Below are positions 11,045-23,193 of a stretch of 64,000 nt of DNA, one piece after another; the first letter of the stretch is position 1, and each line of letters begins with the position of its first letter. The notes below the pieces were generated by a model. The model had not been told where the DNA came from, searched no databases, and saw only the letters and a program-made list of their open reading frames with translations. Made by a program: the position numbers and the translations under genes. Source of the stretch: Escherichia phage DK-13; the sequence record MT611523.1; one strand, given 5' to 3'.

Positions 11045-11983
11045 ATGGCAACTGAATCATACAACCCGAAACAATTAAAAGATGCAATCCTTCGTCGTCT
11101 TGGTGCGCCAATCACGAATATCGAAGTTACGACCGAACAGGTTTATGATTGCATCCAGCGTGCATTAGAATTATATGGCGAATATCACTATAATGGTTAT
11201 AACAAAGGTTATCAGGCTTTTTATATTGGCCATGATGAAGTTTCACAGCAGAAATTCCGCGATGGTGTTTTCGATTTAAAAGGCCGTAATATTTTTGCAG
11301 TAACGCAGATTATTCGTACTAACGTCGGTTCATTAACTTCGATGGACGGGCAAGCCACATATCCGTGGTTCACAGATTTTGTTCTGGGACTTGCTGGGAT
11401 TAACGGTGGAATGGGTAGCTCATGTAACAGCTTTGGACCAAATGCTTTTGGTGCAGACCTTGGTTATTTTACACAACTTATGCAATACCGTTCAATGATG
11501 CAAGACCTGATGGTTCCGCTGCCAGATTACTGGTATAATGACGATACTGAACAACTTAAAATTATGGGCAACTTCCGTCAGGGAGATGTGATTGTAATTG
11601 AAGTTTATACCAAATCATATAACGGTGTGGATTCAATGGTAGGCAATACAGCTGGCTATGGTTTTGCTTCGGCCGATTGTGATAATCCATGGAATGCTGG
11701 TGCACAGTGGGATAACCCAGCGCGCAGAATAAGCGGCATGAGAGCCGGTGAGGACCTTGGACTTCAAGATGGTGCATACAACAATCGTTGGGTGAAAGAC
11801 TATGCCACGGCACTCGTTAAGGAAGTTAATGGCAACGTATTAGCTAAACACCAGGGAATGATGATGCCAGGTGGCGTCACAGTTGATGGTGTTCGTTTAA
11901 TCGAAGAAGCTCGTATGGAAAAAGAACGTCTTCGCGAAGAACTTGACCTGCTGGATGCACCGACTCCTATATTGGTGGGCTAA
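11045..11983 (+). CDS. gp13: Neck protein gp13
   Basis: 312 aa; late promoter and terminator hairpin upstream; synteny. Confidence 0.8.
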   Translation: MATESYNPKQLKDAILRRLGAPITNIEVTTEQVYDCIQRALELYGEYHYNGYNKGYQAFYIGHDEVSQQKFRDGVFDLKGRNIFAVTQIIRTNVGSLTSMDGQATYPWFTDFVLGLAGINGGMGSSCNSFGPNAFGADLGYFTQLMQYRSMMQDLMVPLPDYWYNDDTEQLKIMGNFRQGDVIVIEVYTKSYNGVDSMVGNTAGYGFASADCDNPWNAGAQWDNPARRISGMRAGEDLGLQDGAYNNRWVKDYATALVKEVNGNVLAKHQGMMMPGGVTVDGVRLIEEARMEKERLREELDLLDAPTPILVG

Positions 11984-12768
11984 TGGCTACTTATGACTCA
12001 AGATTATTCGCCCGGCTCGAAGACGGGACCGGGTATGACAATACTAATGCTACAGAGATATTGAACCCTTATGTAAACTTTATGCATCATGAAAATACCC
12101 AGACTTTAGCCGATGCTATTGTTGCCGAAAGTATTCAGATGCGCGGAATGTCTCTCTATTATATCCCAAGACAATTCGTTAAACCGGATTTGTTATTCGG
12201 TGAAGACCTCCAGAGTAAATTTGATAAAGCATGGAAATTTGCAGGTTATCTGGATACGTTTGACGCATATCAGGGTGATGGTTCTATCTTTAGTAAATTC
12301 GGTATGACTGTGAATGATGAAATCACAATATCGATTAACCCTAATCTGTTTAAACATCAATGCAACGGAACCGAACCTATTGCAGGGGATTTGATTTATT
12401 TCCCTCTTGATAACAGCCTGTTCGAAATTACATGGGTGCAACCTTACGACCCATTCTATCAGGTAGGTCAAAACGCCATTCGTAAAATCACCGCGAGCAA
12501 ATACATTTACTCCGGGGAAGAACTTAAACCTGAATTGCAACGGAATGAAGGTATTAATATTTCAGAATTCAGCGAGCTCGATTTACAACCAATCCACAAT
12601 ATTGATGGCCTTACAGATATCAGCGATATCCCTTATGCAGAATCTGATGAGATTAACGCAGAAGCAGCTGAATATGTTAAACCATATTTTGTGCAGAATG
12701 GTCGTGGACTTGAGGCTCCTCCGAAGGCAAAACAGGATAGCTTTGACGATAGTTTCTTTGATGAATAA
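11983..12768 (+). CDS. gp14: Neck protein gp14
   Basis: 261 aa; synteny, ATGA-type overlap with gp13. Confidence 0.8.
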   Translation: MATYDSRLFARLEDGTGYDNTNATEILNPYVNFMHHENTQTLADAIVAESIQMRGMSLYYIPRQFVKPDLLFGEDLQSKFDKAWKFAGYLDTFDAYQGDGSIFSKFGMTVNDEITISINPNLFKHQCNGTEPIAGDLIYFPLDNSLFEITWVQPYDPFYQVGQNAIRKITASKYIYSGEELKPELQRNEGINISEFSELDLQPIHNIDGLTDISDIPYAESDEINAEAAEYVKPYFVQNGRGLEAPPKAKQDSFDDSFFDE

Positions 12769-12811
12769 ATACATTTATTAATGCGCCCGAATTGGGCGCC
12801 TGGAGGTTACT

Positions 12812-13683
12812 TTGTTTGGGCATTTTTATAATTCGTCTCTGCGTCGCTATATCGTTTTAATGGGCGATTTATTTTCCCATGTACAAGTGGCCAGAACCAG
12901 AGAAGACACTGGACTTAAATATATTAAGGTCCCTATTTCTTATGCTTCAAAAGAAAAATTCATGATGCAGCTTGGAAAATGGACCGCTATTCAGAATACA
13001 CCGACTCCTGACATGACACCACAAGAACGTGCTGCTCAGAAGGCTAAAATCGAGACCGTACTGCCCCGTATGAACCTGCATATGGTTGACTTGATGTATA
13101 ACGGGCAATATAAAACGGCTCTCCAGAATCACACACAGGCGCGATTTGCTAATAACGACCCTCGCAAGCAGATATCTCAATATTCTCCTGTGCCGGTCAA
13201 AATGATTTTCGAGCTTGGAATATATACAAGGCATCAAGATGATATGTTCCAGATTATCGAACAAATCATGCCTTACTTCCAACCACATTTTAATACAACT
13301 ATCACTGAACTTTATACGAATGAAATTACGTTCGAACGTGATATAAGAATCGTATTGCAGTCTATAGCAATGGATGAGCAAATTGAAGGTGATGCAATGA
13401 CTCGTCGTAGACTCGAATGGTCCATTATGTTCGAAGTTAACGGTTGGTTATATCCACCGGTCAAGGAAGTAGCCGGGGAAATCCGTACTATCTATCTTGA
13501 CTTCTTTGCGAATTCTAGAGAGCTTGCACCGGAAGGTAATTTCGAATCTGTTGACTCGGAAGCCGTTCCACGAGACGTCGACCAAGAAGACTGGCAAGGT
13601 GAATCTGTTCAAACATACTCGCAGGATATTCCTGTACCGGTTGACCCAGCACCTCCGGCACCAAGAAAAAATAAGGTATCATT

Positions 13684-13687
<4 letters not shown>
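12812..13687 (+). CDS. gp15: Tail sheath stabiliser / tail completion protein gp15
   Basis: N-terminus [19 protein letters not shown] matches recalled T4 gp15; apparent TTG start preceded by GGAGG. Confidence 0.8.
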
Positions 13688-15994
<2,307 letters not shown>

Positions 15995-16023
15995 AAGTAA
16001 AGCAAACTATTAGAGGACTCAAA

Positions 16024-18003
16024 ATGGCTTTATTATCTCCGGGCATTGAGCTCAAAGAAACAACGGTCCAAAGCACTGTTGTTCGTAACGCGACGGGTCG
16101 TGCGGCGCTGGTTGGTAAATTCCAGTGGGGCCCAGCTTTCCAGGTAACTCAGATTACAAACGAAGTTGAACTTGTTGATTTGTTTGGTGGTCCGAATAAT
16201 GAAACAGCAGATTACTTTATGAGTGGGATGAACTTCCTGCAATATGGTAATGACCTCCGTACTGTACGTGTTGTTAACCGTGACGAAGCTAAAAACGCAT
16301 CCCCTATTGCTGGCAATATTGAAACTACCATCGTAACTGCTGGTACAAACTATGCTGTCGGTGATGTTATTCAGGTTAAACACAACCAGACTGTTGTTGA
16401 ACCAGCTGGCCGTGTGACCAAGGTCGATGTTGATGGTAAAATTCTGGCAATCTTTATTCCTACCAATAAGATTATTGCATTTGCTAAAACTATTAATCAG
16501 TATCCTAATTTGGGCAGTGCATGGACTGCAGAAGTTACGACCACTTCTTCCGGTGTATCTGGTACCATCACTGTCGGAAAAATTGTTACCGATTCTGGCA
16601 TTCTGTTGACTGAAGCAGAAAACAGTGAAGAAGCAATTACTTCTCTGGAATTCCAGGCATCATTGGCAAAATATGCAATGCCGGGTGTTGTTGCTCTTTA
16701 TCCTGGTGAAATTGGTTCGACTCTTGAAGTTGAAATCGTATCCAAAGCTGAATTTGAAAAAGGCGCAACTGCAAATCTGGATATTTTCCCCGGTGGTGGT
16801 TCCCGCGCTTCTATAGCTCGTGCGGTGTTTAACTATGGCCCTCAGACCGAAAACCAATATGCAATTATCGTTCGCCGCGATGGTGCAATCGTCGAAAACG
16901 TTGTTTTGTCTACTAAGCAGGGCGAAAAAGATGTTTATGGTAATAACATTTACCTGGATGACTACTTTGCAAAAGGTACTTCCAACTACATCTATGCAAC
17001 ATCTCGCAACTGGCCTGTAGGCTTCAGTGGTATCATCAATCTGTCTGGTGGTATTTCTGCAAACGATAAGATTACCGCTGGTGATTTGATGCAAGGTTGG
17101 GACCTGTTCGCTGACCGTGAAGCTCTGCATATCAACCTACTTATCGCTGGTGCTTGTGCTGGTGAAGGTGATGCGACCGCTTCCACTGTTCAGAAGCACG
17201 TAGTTTCTATTGCTGACGAACGTCAGGATTGCTTGGCATTCATTTCCCCGCCGAAAGGTCTGTTGGTTAACGTTCCTCTGACCCGTGCAGTGGATAACCT
17301 GATTGACTGGCGTACAGGTGCTGGTGCATTTGATACCGATAACATGAATATCAGCACGACTTATGCAGCGATTGATGGCAACTATAAATATCAGTATGAT
17401 AAATATAACGACGTTAACCGTTGGGTTCCTCTGGCAGCTGATATGGCTGGTCTGTGTGCTCGTACTGATGATGTTTCTCAGCCTTGGATGTCTCCGGCAG
17501 GTTATAACCGCGGTCAGATTCTGAACGTTCTGAAATTGGCTGTTGAACCACGTCAGACCCAACGTGACCGCATGTATCAGGAAGCTATCAACCCGGTTGT
17601 TGGTTTCGCAGGTGGTGATGGTTTTGTTCTGTATGGTGATAAGACTGCAACTAAAGTTCCATCTCCGATGGACCATATCAACGTTCGCCGTCTTACGAAT
17701 ATGCTGAAGAAAAATATCGGTGACGCATCCAAATATAAACTGTTTGAGCTTAACGATAACTTCACTCGTGCATCATTCCGTATGGAAACTTCTCAATACT
17801 TGGATGGTATTCGTGCGCTCGGTGGCATTTATGAAGGTCGTGTGGTTTGTGATACTACCAACAACACCCCGGCGGTTATTGACCGAAATGAGTTTGTTGC
17901 TAGCATTTATTATAAACCTGCCCGCAGTATTAACTATATACAGCTTAATTTCGTTGCCACTAGCACTGGTGCTGATTTCGATGAGCTGATTGGGCCACAA
18001 TAA
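16024..18003 (+). CDS. gp18: Tail sheath protein gp18
   Basis: 659 aa, same length as T4 gp18; late promoter TATAAATA upstream. Confidence 0.95.
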   Translation: MALLSPGIELKETTVQSTVVRNATGRAALVGKFQWGPAFQVTQITNEVELVDLFGGPNNETADYFMSGMNFLQYGNDLRTVRVVNRDEAKNASPIAGNIETTIVTAGTNYAVGDVIQVKHNQTVVEPAGRVTKVDVDGKILAIFIPTNKIIAFAKTINQYPNLGSAWTAEVTTTSSGVSGTITVGKIVTDSGILLTEAENSEEAITSLEFQASLAKYAMPGVVALYPGEIGSTLEVEIVSKAEFEKGATANLDIFPGGGSRASIARAVFNYGPQTENQYAIIVRRDGAIVENVVLSTKQGEKDVYGNNIYLDDYFAKGTSNYIYATSRNWPVGFSGIINLSGGISANDKITAGDLMQGWDLFADREALHINLLIAGACAGEGDATASTVQKHVVSIADERQDCLAFISPPKGLLVNVPLTRAVDNLIDWRTGAGAFDTDNMNISTTYAAIDGNYKYQYDKYNDVNRWVPLAADMAGLCARTDDVSQPWMSPAGYNRGQILNVLKLAVEPRQTQRDRMYQEAINPVVGFAGGDGFVLYGDKTATKVPSPMDHINVRRLTNMLKKNIGDASKYKLFELNDNFTRASFRMETSQYLDGIRALGGIYEGRVVCDTTNNTPAVIDRNEFVASIYYKPARSINYIQLNFVATSTGADFDELIGPQ

Positions 18004-18045
18004 GACTTTACTTCTGATTTAACTTGGGTTATAATGCGCGTATAA

Positions 18046-18053
18046 TATAAATA
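18046..18053 (+). promoter_or_regulatory. Late promoter TATAAATA inside the palindrome GCGCGTAT-N7-ATACGCGC, upstream of the gp18/gp19 HNH gene
   Basis: Octamer flanked by 8-bp inverted repeat. Confidence 0.55.
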
Positions 18054-18070
18054 CGCGCAAGGATTTACAA

Positions 18071-18676
18071 GTGATTATTTCTAAATTTGTTGAAGTTAAA
18101 ATACGAAATCATGCAAAATGGTGGAGTGAATACTTAGGTAAAACTCTAACATACCATGATGTAATTTCTGTTCCAGTTGAACAAATGCCAGATAATAGTA
18201 ATAAAAAGATTGAGTGTTCCTGTGATGAATGTGGGGTACATTTTGAGCGCGGCATTCAGCTGCTTCGTCGTGTTGATAAACATTTATGTAAAGCATGTTC
18301 AAGAAAAGATATTGGACAAAAGAATGTTATTGCGCAAGGTGGTGTACCAAGACCATGGCAACGCGGTGAAAAACATCATAGCTGGAAGGGTAATAAGCGC
18401 GAATTCTATTTGTATGCTCAACGCGTTCATGCATTGACAAGAGCAAAACATCTAAAGAATATTTGGTCAACATGGGAAAATGCAGATAAGATAGGAAAAT
18501 GTGGAGAAGATGGTGCATATCAACTTGACCACAAAGTTTCTATTGCATATGGATTTTATAATCACATACCAGAGACTGTTATCGCTTCGCTCAACAATTT
18601 AGAAATAGTCACTTGGGAATCTAATAGGTCCAAAGGAAAATCAAATAGTATTGACTTATGGGATATATTATCCTGA
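18071..18676 (+). CDS. Putative HNH-family endonuclease with N-terminal Cys-rich region (free-standing, inserted between gp18 and gp19)
   Basis: GTG start with AAGGA RBS; CxxC...CxxC then YQLDHKVSIAYGF...NNLEIVTWESNRSKG, an HNH-like His/Asn core; no gene lies between 18 and 19 in T4. Confidence 0.6.
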   Translation: MIISKFVEVKIRNHAKWWSEYLGKTLTYHDVISVPVEQMPDNSNKKIECSCDECGVHFERGIQLLRRVDKHLCKACSRKDIGQKNVIAQGGVPRPWQRGEKHHSWKGNKREFYLYAQRVHALTRAKHLKNIWSTWENADKIGKCGEDGAYQLDHKVSIAYGFYNHIPETVIASLNNLEIVTWESNRSKGKSNSIDLWDILS

Positions 18677-18723
18677 CAGTAAATGTAATTAAGCAGTAAA
18701 CCGTAGAACCATTATACAATGCT

Positions 18724-18731
18724 ATAAATAA
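18724..18731 (+). promoter_or_regulatory. Late promoter TATAAATA within the loop of a 10-bp inverted repeat
   Basis: CCGTAGAACC / GGTTCTACGG arms at about 18701-18710 and 18744-18753. Confidence 0.5.
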
Positions 18732-18811
18732 AAGCATATCATCGGTTCTACGGACTCCTCAGAGCTCCTCCAGCGACCTAAATACATTTATTGATGAATC
18801 ATATTACCTAG

Positions 18812-18819
18812 TATAAATA
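18812..18819 (+). promoter_or_regulatory. Late promoter TATAAATA upstream of gp19
   Basis: Octamer about 50 nt upstream of gp19 start. Confidence 0.6.
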
Positions 18820-18871
18820 CATGCATCAGGGACGCGTTCGCGCGACCTGTGTCTATAAAGAGGATTCCTTA

Positions 18872-19363
18872 ATGGAGTTGACCGATATCACACGTGCTTT
18901 CGAATCCGGTGACTTTGCTCGTCCTAACCTGTTCGAAGTCGAAATCCCATTCCTGGGTAAAAACTTTGCTTTCCATTGTAAAGCAGCCCCGATGCCAGCT
19001 GGCATTGTAGAAAAAGTTCCGGTCGGTTACATGAACCGTAAAATCAACGTGGCGGGTGACCGTACATTTGATGACTGGACTATTACGATTTATAACGACG
19101 ATGCTCATAAAGTTCGTCAAGCAATTGTTGATTGGCAAAACCTGTGTCACGGTATGACTAACGAAATCACTGGTGCAGCTCCTGCTGATTATAAGAAAAC
19201 CGCTACTGTCCGCCAGTTCCATCGTGATGGCAAGACCATTACGAAAGAAGTTGTTATTACCGGCATGTGGCCAACCAACGTTGGGGAAGTCCAGATGGAT
19301 TGGGACTCCAATAATGAGATTGAGACGTTTGAAACAACGTTCGCAATTGACTGGTGGGAATAA
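18872..19363 (+). CDS. gp19: Tail tube protein gp19
   Basis: 163 aa from ATG 18872; MELTDITRAFESGDFARPNLFEV matches recalled T4 gp19 N-terminus. Confidence 0.9.
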   Translation: MELTDITRAFESGDFARPNLFEVEIPFLGKNFAFHCKAAPMPAGIVEKVPVGYMNRKINVAGDRTFDDWTITIYNDDAHKVRQAIVDWQNLCHGMTNEITGAAPADYKKTATVRQFHRDGKTITKEVVITGMWPTNVGEVQMDWDSNNEIETFETTFAIDWWE

Positions 19364-19364
19364 G

Positions 19365-19372
19365 TATAAATA
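19365..19372 (+). promoter_or_regulatory. Late promoter TATAAATA upstream of gp20
   Basis: Octamer, followed by hairpin GAGGC-TTCG-GCCTC. Confidence 0.55.
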
Positions 19373-19420
19373 AAGTTATTATGAGGCTTCGGCCTCATTT
19401 CCCAAACTTCGGAGACTCTA

Positions 19421-20995
19421 ATGGCAGGTTTTAACACAATACTAAATTTTCTTAAGCCTTGGGCTAAAGAAGATGAACAAGAATATAAGCAACAAGAAAA
19501 AAATAATTTAGAGTCAATGACCGGGCCGAAGTTTGATGATGGGGCTCGTGAAATTGAGTCACAAGAACAAAACGTCCCGTATAATGCATTGATGCAACAG
19601 ATGTTCGGGAGCAATGAACCTGAAGTAAAAAATACCAGGGAATTAATTGACACCTACCGCAACTTACTAAATAATTATGAAGTTGATAACGCAGTGCAAG
19701 AAATTGTGTCTGATGCTATCGTTTTTGAAGACGGTAAAGATGTTGTAGCTCTTAACCTTGATGCTACCGAATTTAGTCAGAAAATTAAAGACCGAATCCT
19801 CGAAGAATTCTCGGAAGTCAATAACCTCCTTAATTTCGAGCGCAAAGGTTCTGACCACTTTAAACGTTGGTATGTGGATTCTCGAATTTTCTTCCACAAA
19901 ATTATCAACCCATCAAAACTTAAAGATGGAGTTCAAGAACTTCGTCGCCTTGACCCAAGACAAATCCAGTTCATCCGTGAAATCGTTACACGCATGGAAA
20001 ACGGTACAAAAATTGTCGACGGTTACAGAGAATATTTTGTATACGATACTGGCCATGAAAGTTATTGTGCCGATGGTCGTATATATGAAGCAGGTACTAA
20101 AATAAAAATTCCTCGCGCGGCGATTGTATATGCGCATTCTGGATTACTCGATTGTTGTGGCAAGAATATCATCGGATACTTGCAACGAGCAATTAAACCT
20201 GCAAACCAATTAAAACTATTAGAAGATGCTTTAGTCATTTATCGTATAACTCGTGCCCCAGACCGCCGAGTCTTTTATATCGATACCGGGAATATGCCGT
20301 CTCGTAAAGCAGCAGCACACATGCAACATATTATGAACACGATGAAAAACCGTGTCGTATATGATGCAACTACGGGTAAAATCAAAAACCAACAACACAA
20401 CATGTCAATGACAGAAGACTATTGGTTGCAACGTCGTGATGGTAAAGCAGTCACCGAAGTTGATACACTCCCGGGTGCACAAGGCATGTCGGATATGGAC
20501 GATGTTCGCTGGTTTAAGAACAACCTATATCAGGCTCTCCGAATTCCATTATCTCGTATTCCTAACGACCAGAACAGCGGCGTTATGTTTGATGCGGGTG
20601 CGACAATTACTCGCGATGAATTGAATTTCTCTAAATGGATTCGACAGCTACAGAATAAATTTGAAGAAGTTTTCCTCGACCCGCTTAAAACCAACCTTAT
20701 CCTGAAAAAAATTATTTCAGAAGAGGAATGGGAAAAGGAACTAAATAATATTAAAGTTACGTTCAACCGTGATAGCTATTTCACCGAAATGAAAGATGCA
20801 GAAATCATGGAACGCAGAATCAATATGCTAACGATGGCTGAACCGTTTATCGGTAAATATATTTCGCATCAAACGGCTATGAAGGATTTCCTCCAGATGT
20901 CTGATGAAGAAATTAATCAAGAAGCTAAGCAAATTGAATTGGAGTCCAAAGAGGCTCGTTTCCAAAACCCTGAAGAAGAAGAAGAGGATTTCTAA
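19421..20995 (+). CDS. gp20: Portal vertex protein gp20
   Basis: 524 aa as in T4 gp20; synteny. Confidence 0.9.
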   Translation: MAGFNTILNFLKPWAKEDEQEYKQQEKNNLESMTGPKFDDGAREIESQEQNVPYNALMQQMFGSNEPEVKNTRELIDTYRNLLNNYEVDNAVQEIVSDAIVFEDGKDVVALNLDATEFSQKIKDRILEEFSEVNNLLNFERKGSDHFKRWYVDSRIFFHKIINPSKLKDGVQELRRLDPRQIQFIREIVTRMENGTKIVDGYREYFVYDTGHESYCADGRIYEAGTKIKIPRAAIVYAHSGLLDCCGKNIIGYLQRAIKPANQLKLLEDALVIYRITRAPDRRVFYIDTGNMPSRKAAAHMQHIMNTMKNRVVYDATTGKIKNQQHNMSMTEDYWLQRRDGKAVTEVDTLPGAQGMSDMDDVRWFKNNLYQALRIPLSRIPNDQNSGVMFDAGATITRDELNFSKWIRQLQNKFEEVFLDPLKTNLILKKIISEEEWEKELNNIKVTFNRDSYFTEMKDAEIMERRINMLTMAEPFIGKYISHQTAMKDFLQMSDEEINQEAKQIELESKEARFQNPEEEEEDF

Positions 20996-21255
20996 TGGAT
21001 GATTTATTTGAAGCCATTAAATCAAACGACCTCGTAGCCGTTCGCAAATATTTTGCTGAAAACATTGGCCCAGTATGCGGTAGTTTGATTGAAGAACGTA
21101 AGATTGAAATTGCACGTTCCATCATGATTGAAGGCGAAGAGCCTAAAGATGATGAAGATGAAGACAAGGACGACGGTAAAGCAGAAAAGAAAGACAAAAA
21201 AGAATCTGATGACGCTGACGAAGGCGACGATGATGAAGATGAGGACGATGAATAA
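20995..21255 (+). CDS. gp67: Prohead core protein gp67
   Basis: 86 aa with highly acidic C-terminus; synteny. Confidence 0.7.
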   Translation: MDDLFEAIKSNDLVAVRKYFAENIGPVCGSLIEERKIEIARSIMIEGEEPKDDEDEDKDDGKAEKKDKKESDDADEGDDDEDEDDE

Positions 21256-21683
21256 TGTTTATTATCCCTGATGATTACGAATTAACTCTTGAAAACATCG
21301 AAAGTGTTTCCGAAGAAGCTCAGGGACAATTTGATTCATTATCTGAAGCCTTAGAAAAAGACGATATAAATATTATTGTAGAAAACATGTTTGCAGCCGG
21401 TGAATACGAAAAAGCAACGGTTATCGGCGCTCTGAATGAAGGTGTTCAGCTTAACGAATTTATCGTTAAACATGTATCGTCTCGCGGTGAGTTAACCCGC
21501 ACAAAAGACCGAGCTACTCGTAAGCGTAATGCTTTCCAAACAACTGGTCTTTCTAAAGCTAAACGTCGTCAAATTGCCCGTCTGGCTACTAAAACGAAAA
21601 GAGCAAACCCATCTACGCAAATCAGAGCAGAGCGCAAGCGCAAAAAAGCTCGAGCTAAGCGTAAAGCATTCGGACTTGATTAA
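21255..21683 (+). CDS. gp68: Prohead core protein gp68
   Basis: 142 aa, basic C-terminus; synteny. Confidence 0.7.
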   Translation: MFIIPDDYELTLENIESVSEEAQGQFDSLSEALEKDDINIIVENMFAAGEYEKATVIGALNEGVQLNEFIVKHVSSRGELTRTKDRATRKRNAFQTTGLSKAKRRQIARLATKTKRANPSTQIRAERKRKKARAKRKAFGLD

Positions 21684-22321
21684 TGGAACAGAAACCAGAG
21701 TTACTAATCGAACACTGGGGTCAACCGGGCGAAATTAAAGATGGTGTACCGATGTTGGAATCTCATGATGGTTCCAGCAGCGGTTTAAAGCCAGGACTTT
21801 ATATTGAAGGTATTTTCCTACAAGCTGAAGTTGTTAACCGTAATAAACGACTTTATCCTAAACATATTTTGGAAAAAGCCGTTGCGGACTATATCGCCGA
21901 ACAGGTTGAAACCAAGCAGTCTCTTGGAGAATTAAACCATCCACCTCGCGCAAACGTTGACCCTATGCAGGCAGCAATTATTATCGAGGAAATGTGGTGG
22001 AAAGGGAATGATGTATATGGCCGCGCGCGTATTATCGAAGGCGACCATGGCCCAGGTGATAAACTTGCTGCGAATATAAGAGCAGGTTGGATTCCTGGCG
22101 TATCTAGTCGTGGACTCGGTTCCCTGACTAAATCAGCAAAAGGTTATAGCATCGTTAATGAAGGTTTTAAATTGACGGTTGGAGTAGACGCAGTATGGGG
22201 GCCAAGTGCTCCGGACGCTTGGGTCAAACCAAAGCAGATTACAGAATCACAAACGGCTGTTGCCGATACCAGTGCCGATGACGCCTTTATGGCTCTCGCA
22301 GAGGCTTTAAAGACGTTATAA
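21683..22321 (+). CDS. gp21: Prohead core protease gp21
   Basis: 212 aa as in T4 gp21; synteny. Confidence 0.85.
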   Translation: MEQKPELLIEHWGQPGEIKDGVPMLESHDGSSSGLKPGLYIEGIFLQAEVVNRNKRLYPKHILEKAVADYIAEQVETKQSLGELNHPPRANVDPMQAAIIIEEMWWKGNDVYGRARIIEGDHGPGDKLAANIRAGWIPGVSSRGLGSLTKSAKGYSIVNEGFKLTVGVDAVWGPSAPDAWVKPKQITESQTAVADTSADDAFMALAEALKTL

Positions 22322-22324
22322 ATA
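22317..22324 (+). promoter_or_regulatory. Late promoter TATAAATA upstream of gp22
   Basis: Octamer overlapping gp21 stop. Confidence 0.55.
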
Positions 22325-22353
22325 AATGTATATCTTAACAACAGGACTACAAA

Positions 22354-23172
22354 ATGCTTAAAGAACAACTCATTGCTGAAGCTCAGAATATCGATGCTTC
22401 CGTTGCTCTCGATAGTATTTTCGAATCAGTTAATTTGTCCCCGGAAGCGAAAGCTACCTTCGGCACTGTATTCGAAGCTACCGTCAAGCAACACGCCATC
22501 AAACTGGCAGAATCTCACATTCACGCCATCGCTGAAAAAGCTGAAGAAGAAGTCGAAAAGAATAAAGAAGAATCCGACGAAAAAGCAGAGAAAAAACTGA
22601 AAGAATCTGCAGCTAAATTCCTGGACCACGTTGCTAAAGAATGGCTTGCTGAAAATAAACTGGCTGTCGACCGTGGCATTAAAGCTGACCTGTTCGAATC
22701 CATGTTCACCGGCATGAAAGAACTGTTCGTTGAGCACAACGTTGTTGTTCCGGAAGAATCTGTTGATGTTGTTGCAGAAATGCAGGAAGAACTGGCTGAA
22801 CAGAAAGAAGAAACCGCTAACCTGTTCGAAGAAGTTTCTAAGCGTGATGCTTATATCAATTATGTCCAACGTGAAGTTGCGTTGACTGAAGCAACTAAAG
22901 ACCTGACTGAATCTCAGAAAGAAAAAGTTGGTTCTCTGGTAGAAGGCATGGAATACTCTGATGCATTCGGTACCAAAATTGGCGCTATTGTTGAAATGGT
23001 TAAAGGTCAGGTAGAACCTACCGACAAACCAATCACCGAAGCCGCTATAAATAAAAATGTAGACGATGCTGCGGCACTGAATTACATTTCAGAAGCAGTT
23101 GAAGAAAAAGGCGCCAAGCCTACCCTGTCCTTCGCGGACTTGTCTGCTCTCGCAGCATCACGAATTTCTTAA
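22354..23172 (+). CDS. gp22: Prohead core scaffold protein gp22
   Basis: 272 aa, Glu/Lys/Ala-rich helical protein; synteny. Confidence 0.85.
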   Translation: MLKEQLIAEAQNIDASVALDSIFESVNLSPEAKATFGTVFEATVKQHAIKLAESHIHAIAEKAEEEVEKNKEESDEKAEKKLKESAAKFLDHVAKEWLAENKLAVDRGIKADLFESMFTGMKELFVEHNVVVPEESVDVVAEMQEELAEQKEETANLFEEVSKRDAYINYVQREVALTEATKDLTESQKEKVGSLVEGMEYSDAFGTKIGAIVEMVKGQVEPTDKPITEAAINKNVDDAAALNYISEAVEEKGAKPTLSFADLSALAASRIS

Positions 23173-23193
23173 TTTAATAAGGTTATACAACAC

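Noticed and set aside
10552-11115. 187-aa minus-strand ORF overlapping the wac 3' end and gp13 start
   Set aside because: It spans a terminator hairpin and a late promoter and is antisense to two well-supported genes.
16660-17676. 156-aa and 179-aa minus-strand ORFs inside gp18
   Set aside because: Antisense to the tail sheath gene, which is confidently assigned by length and context; no start signals.
21000-21255. Acidic low-complexity tract (Asp/Glu runs) in gp67 as a possible repeat element
   Set aside because: Acidic tails are a recalled feature of T4 prohead core proteins; the nucleotide sequence is codon-level low complexity, not a DNA repeat.
22426-22869. 147-aa and 72-aa minus-strand ORFs inside gp22
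   Set aside because: Low-complexity Phe/Ser-rich translation of the antisense strand of the Glu/Lys/Ala-rich scaffold gene; an artefact of compositional bias.
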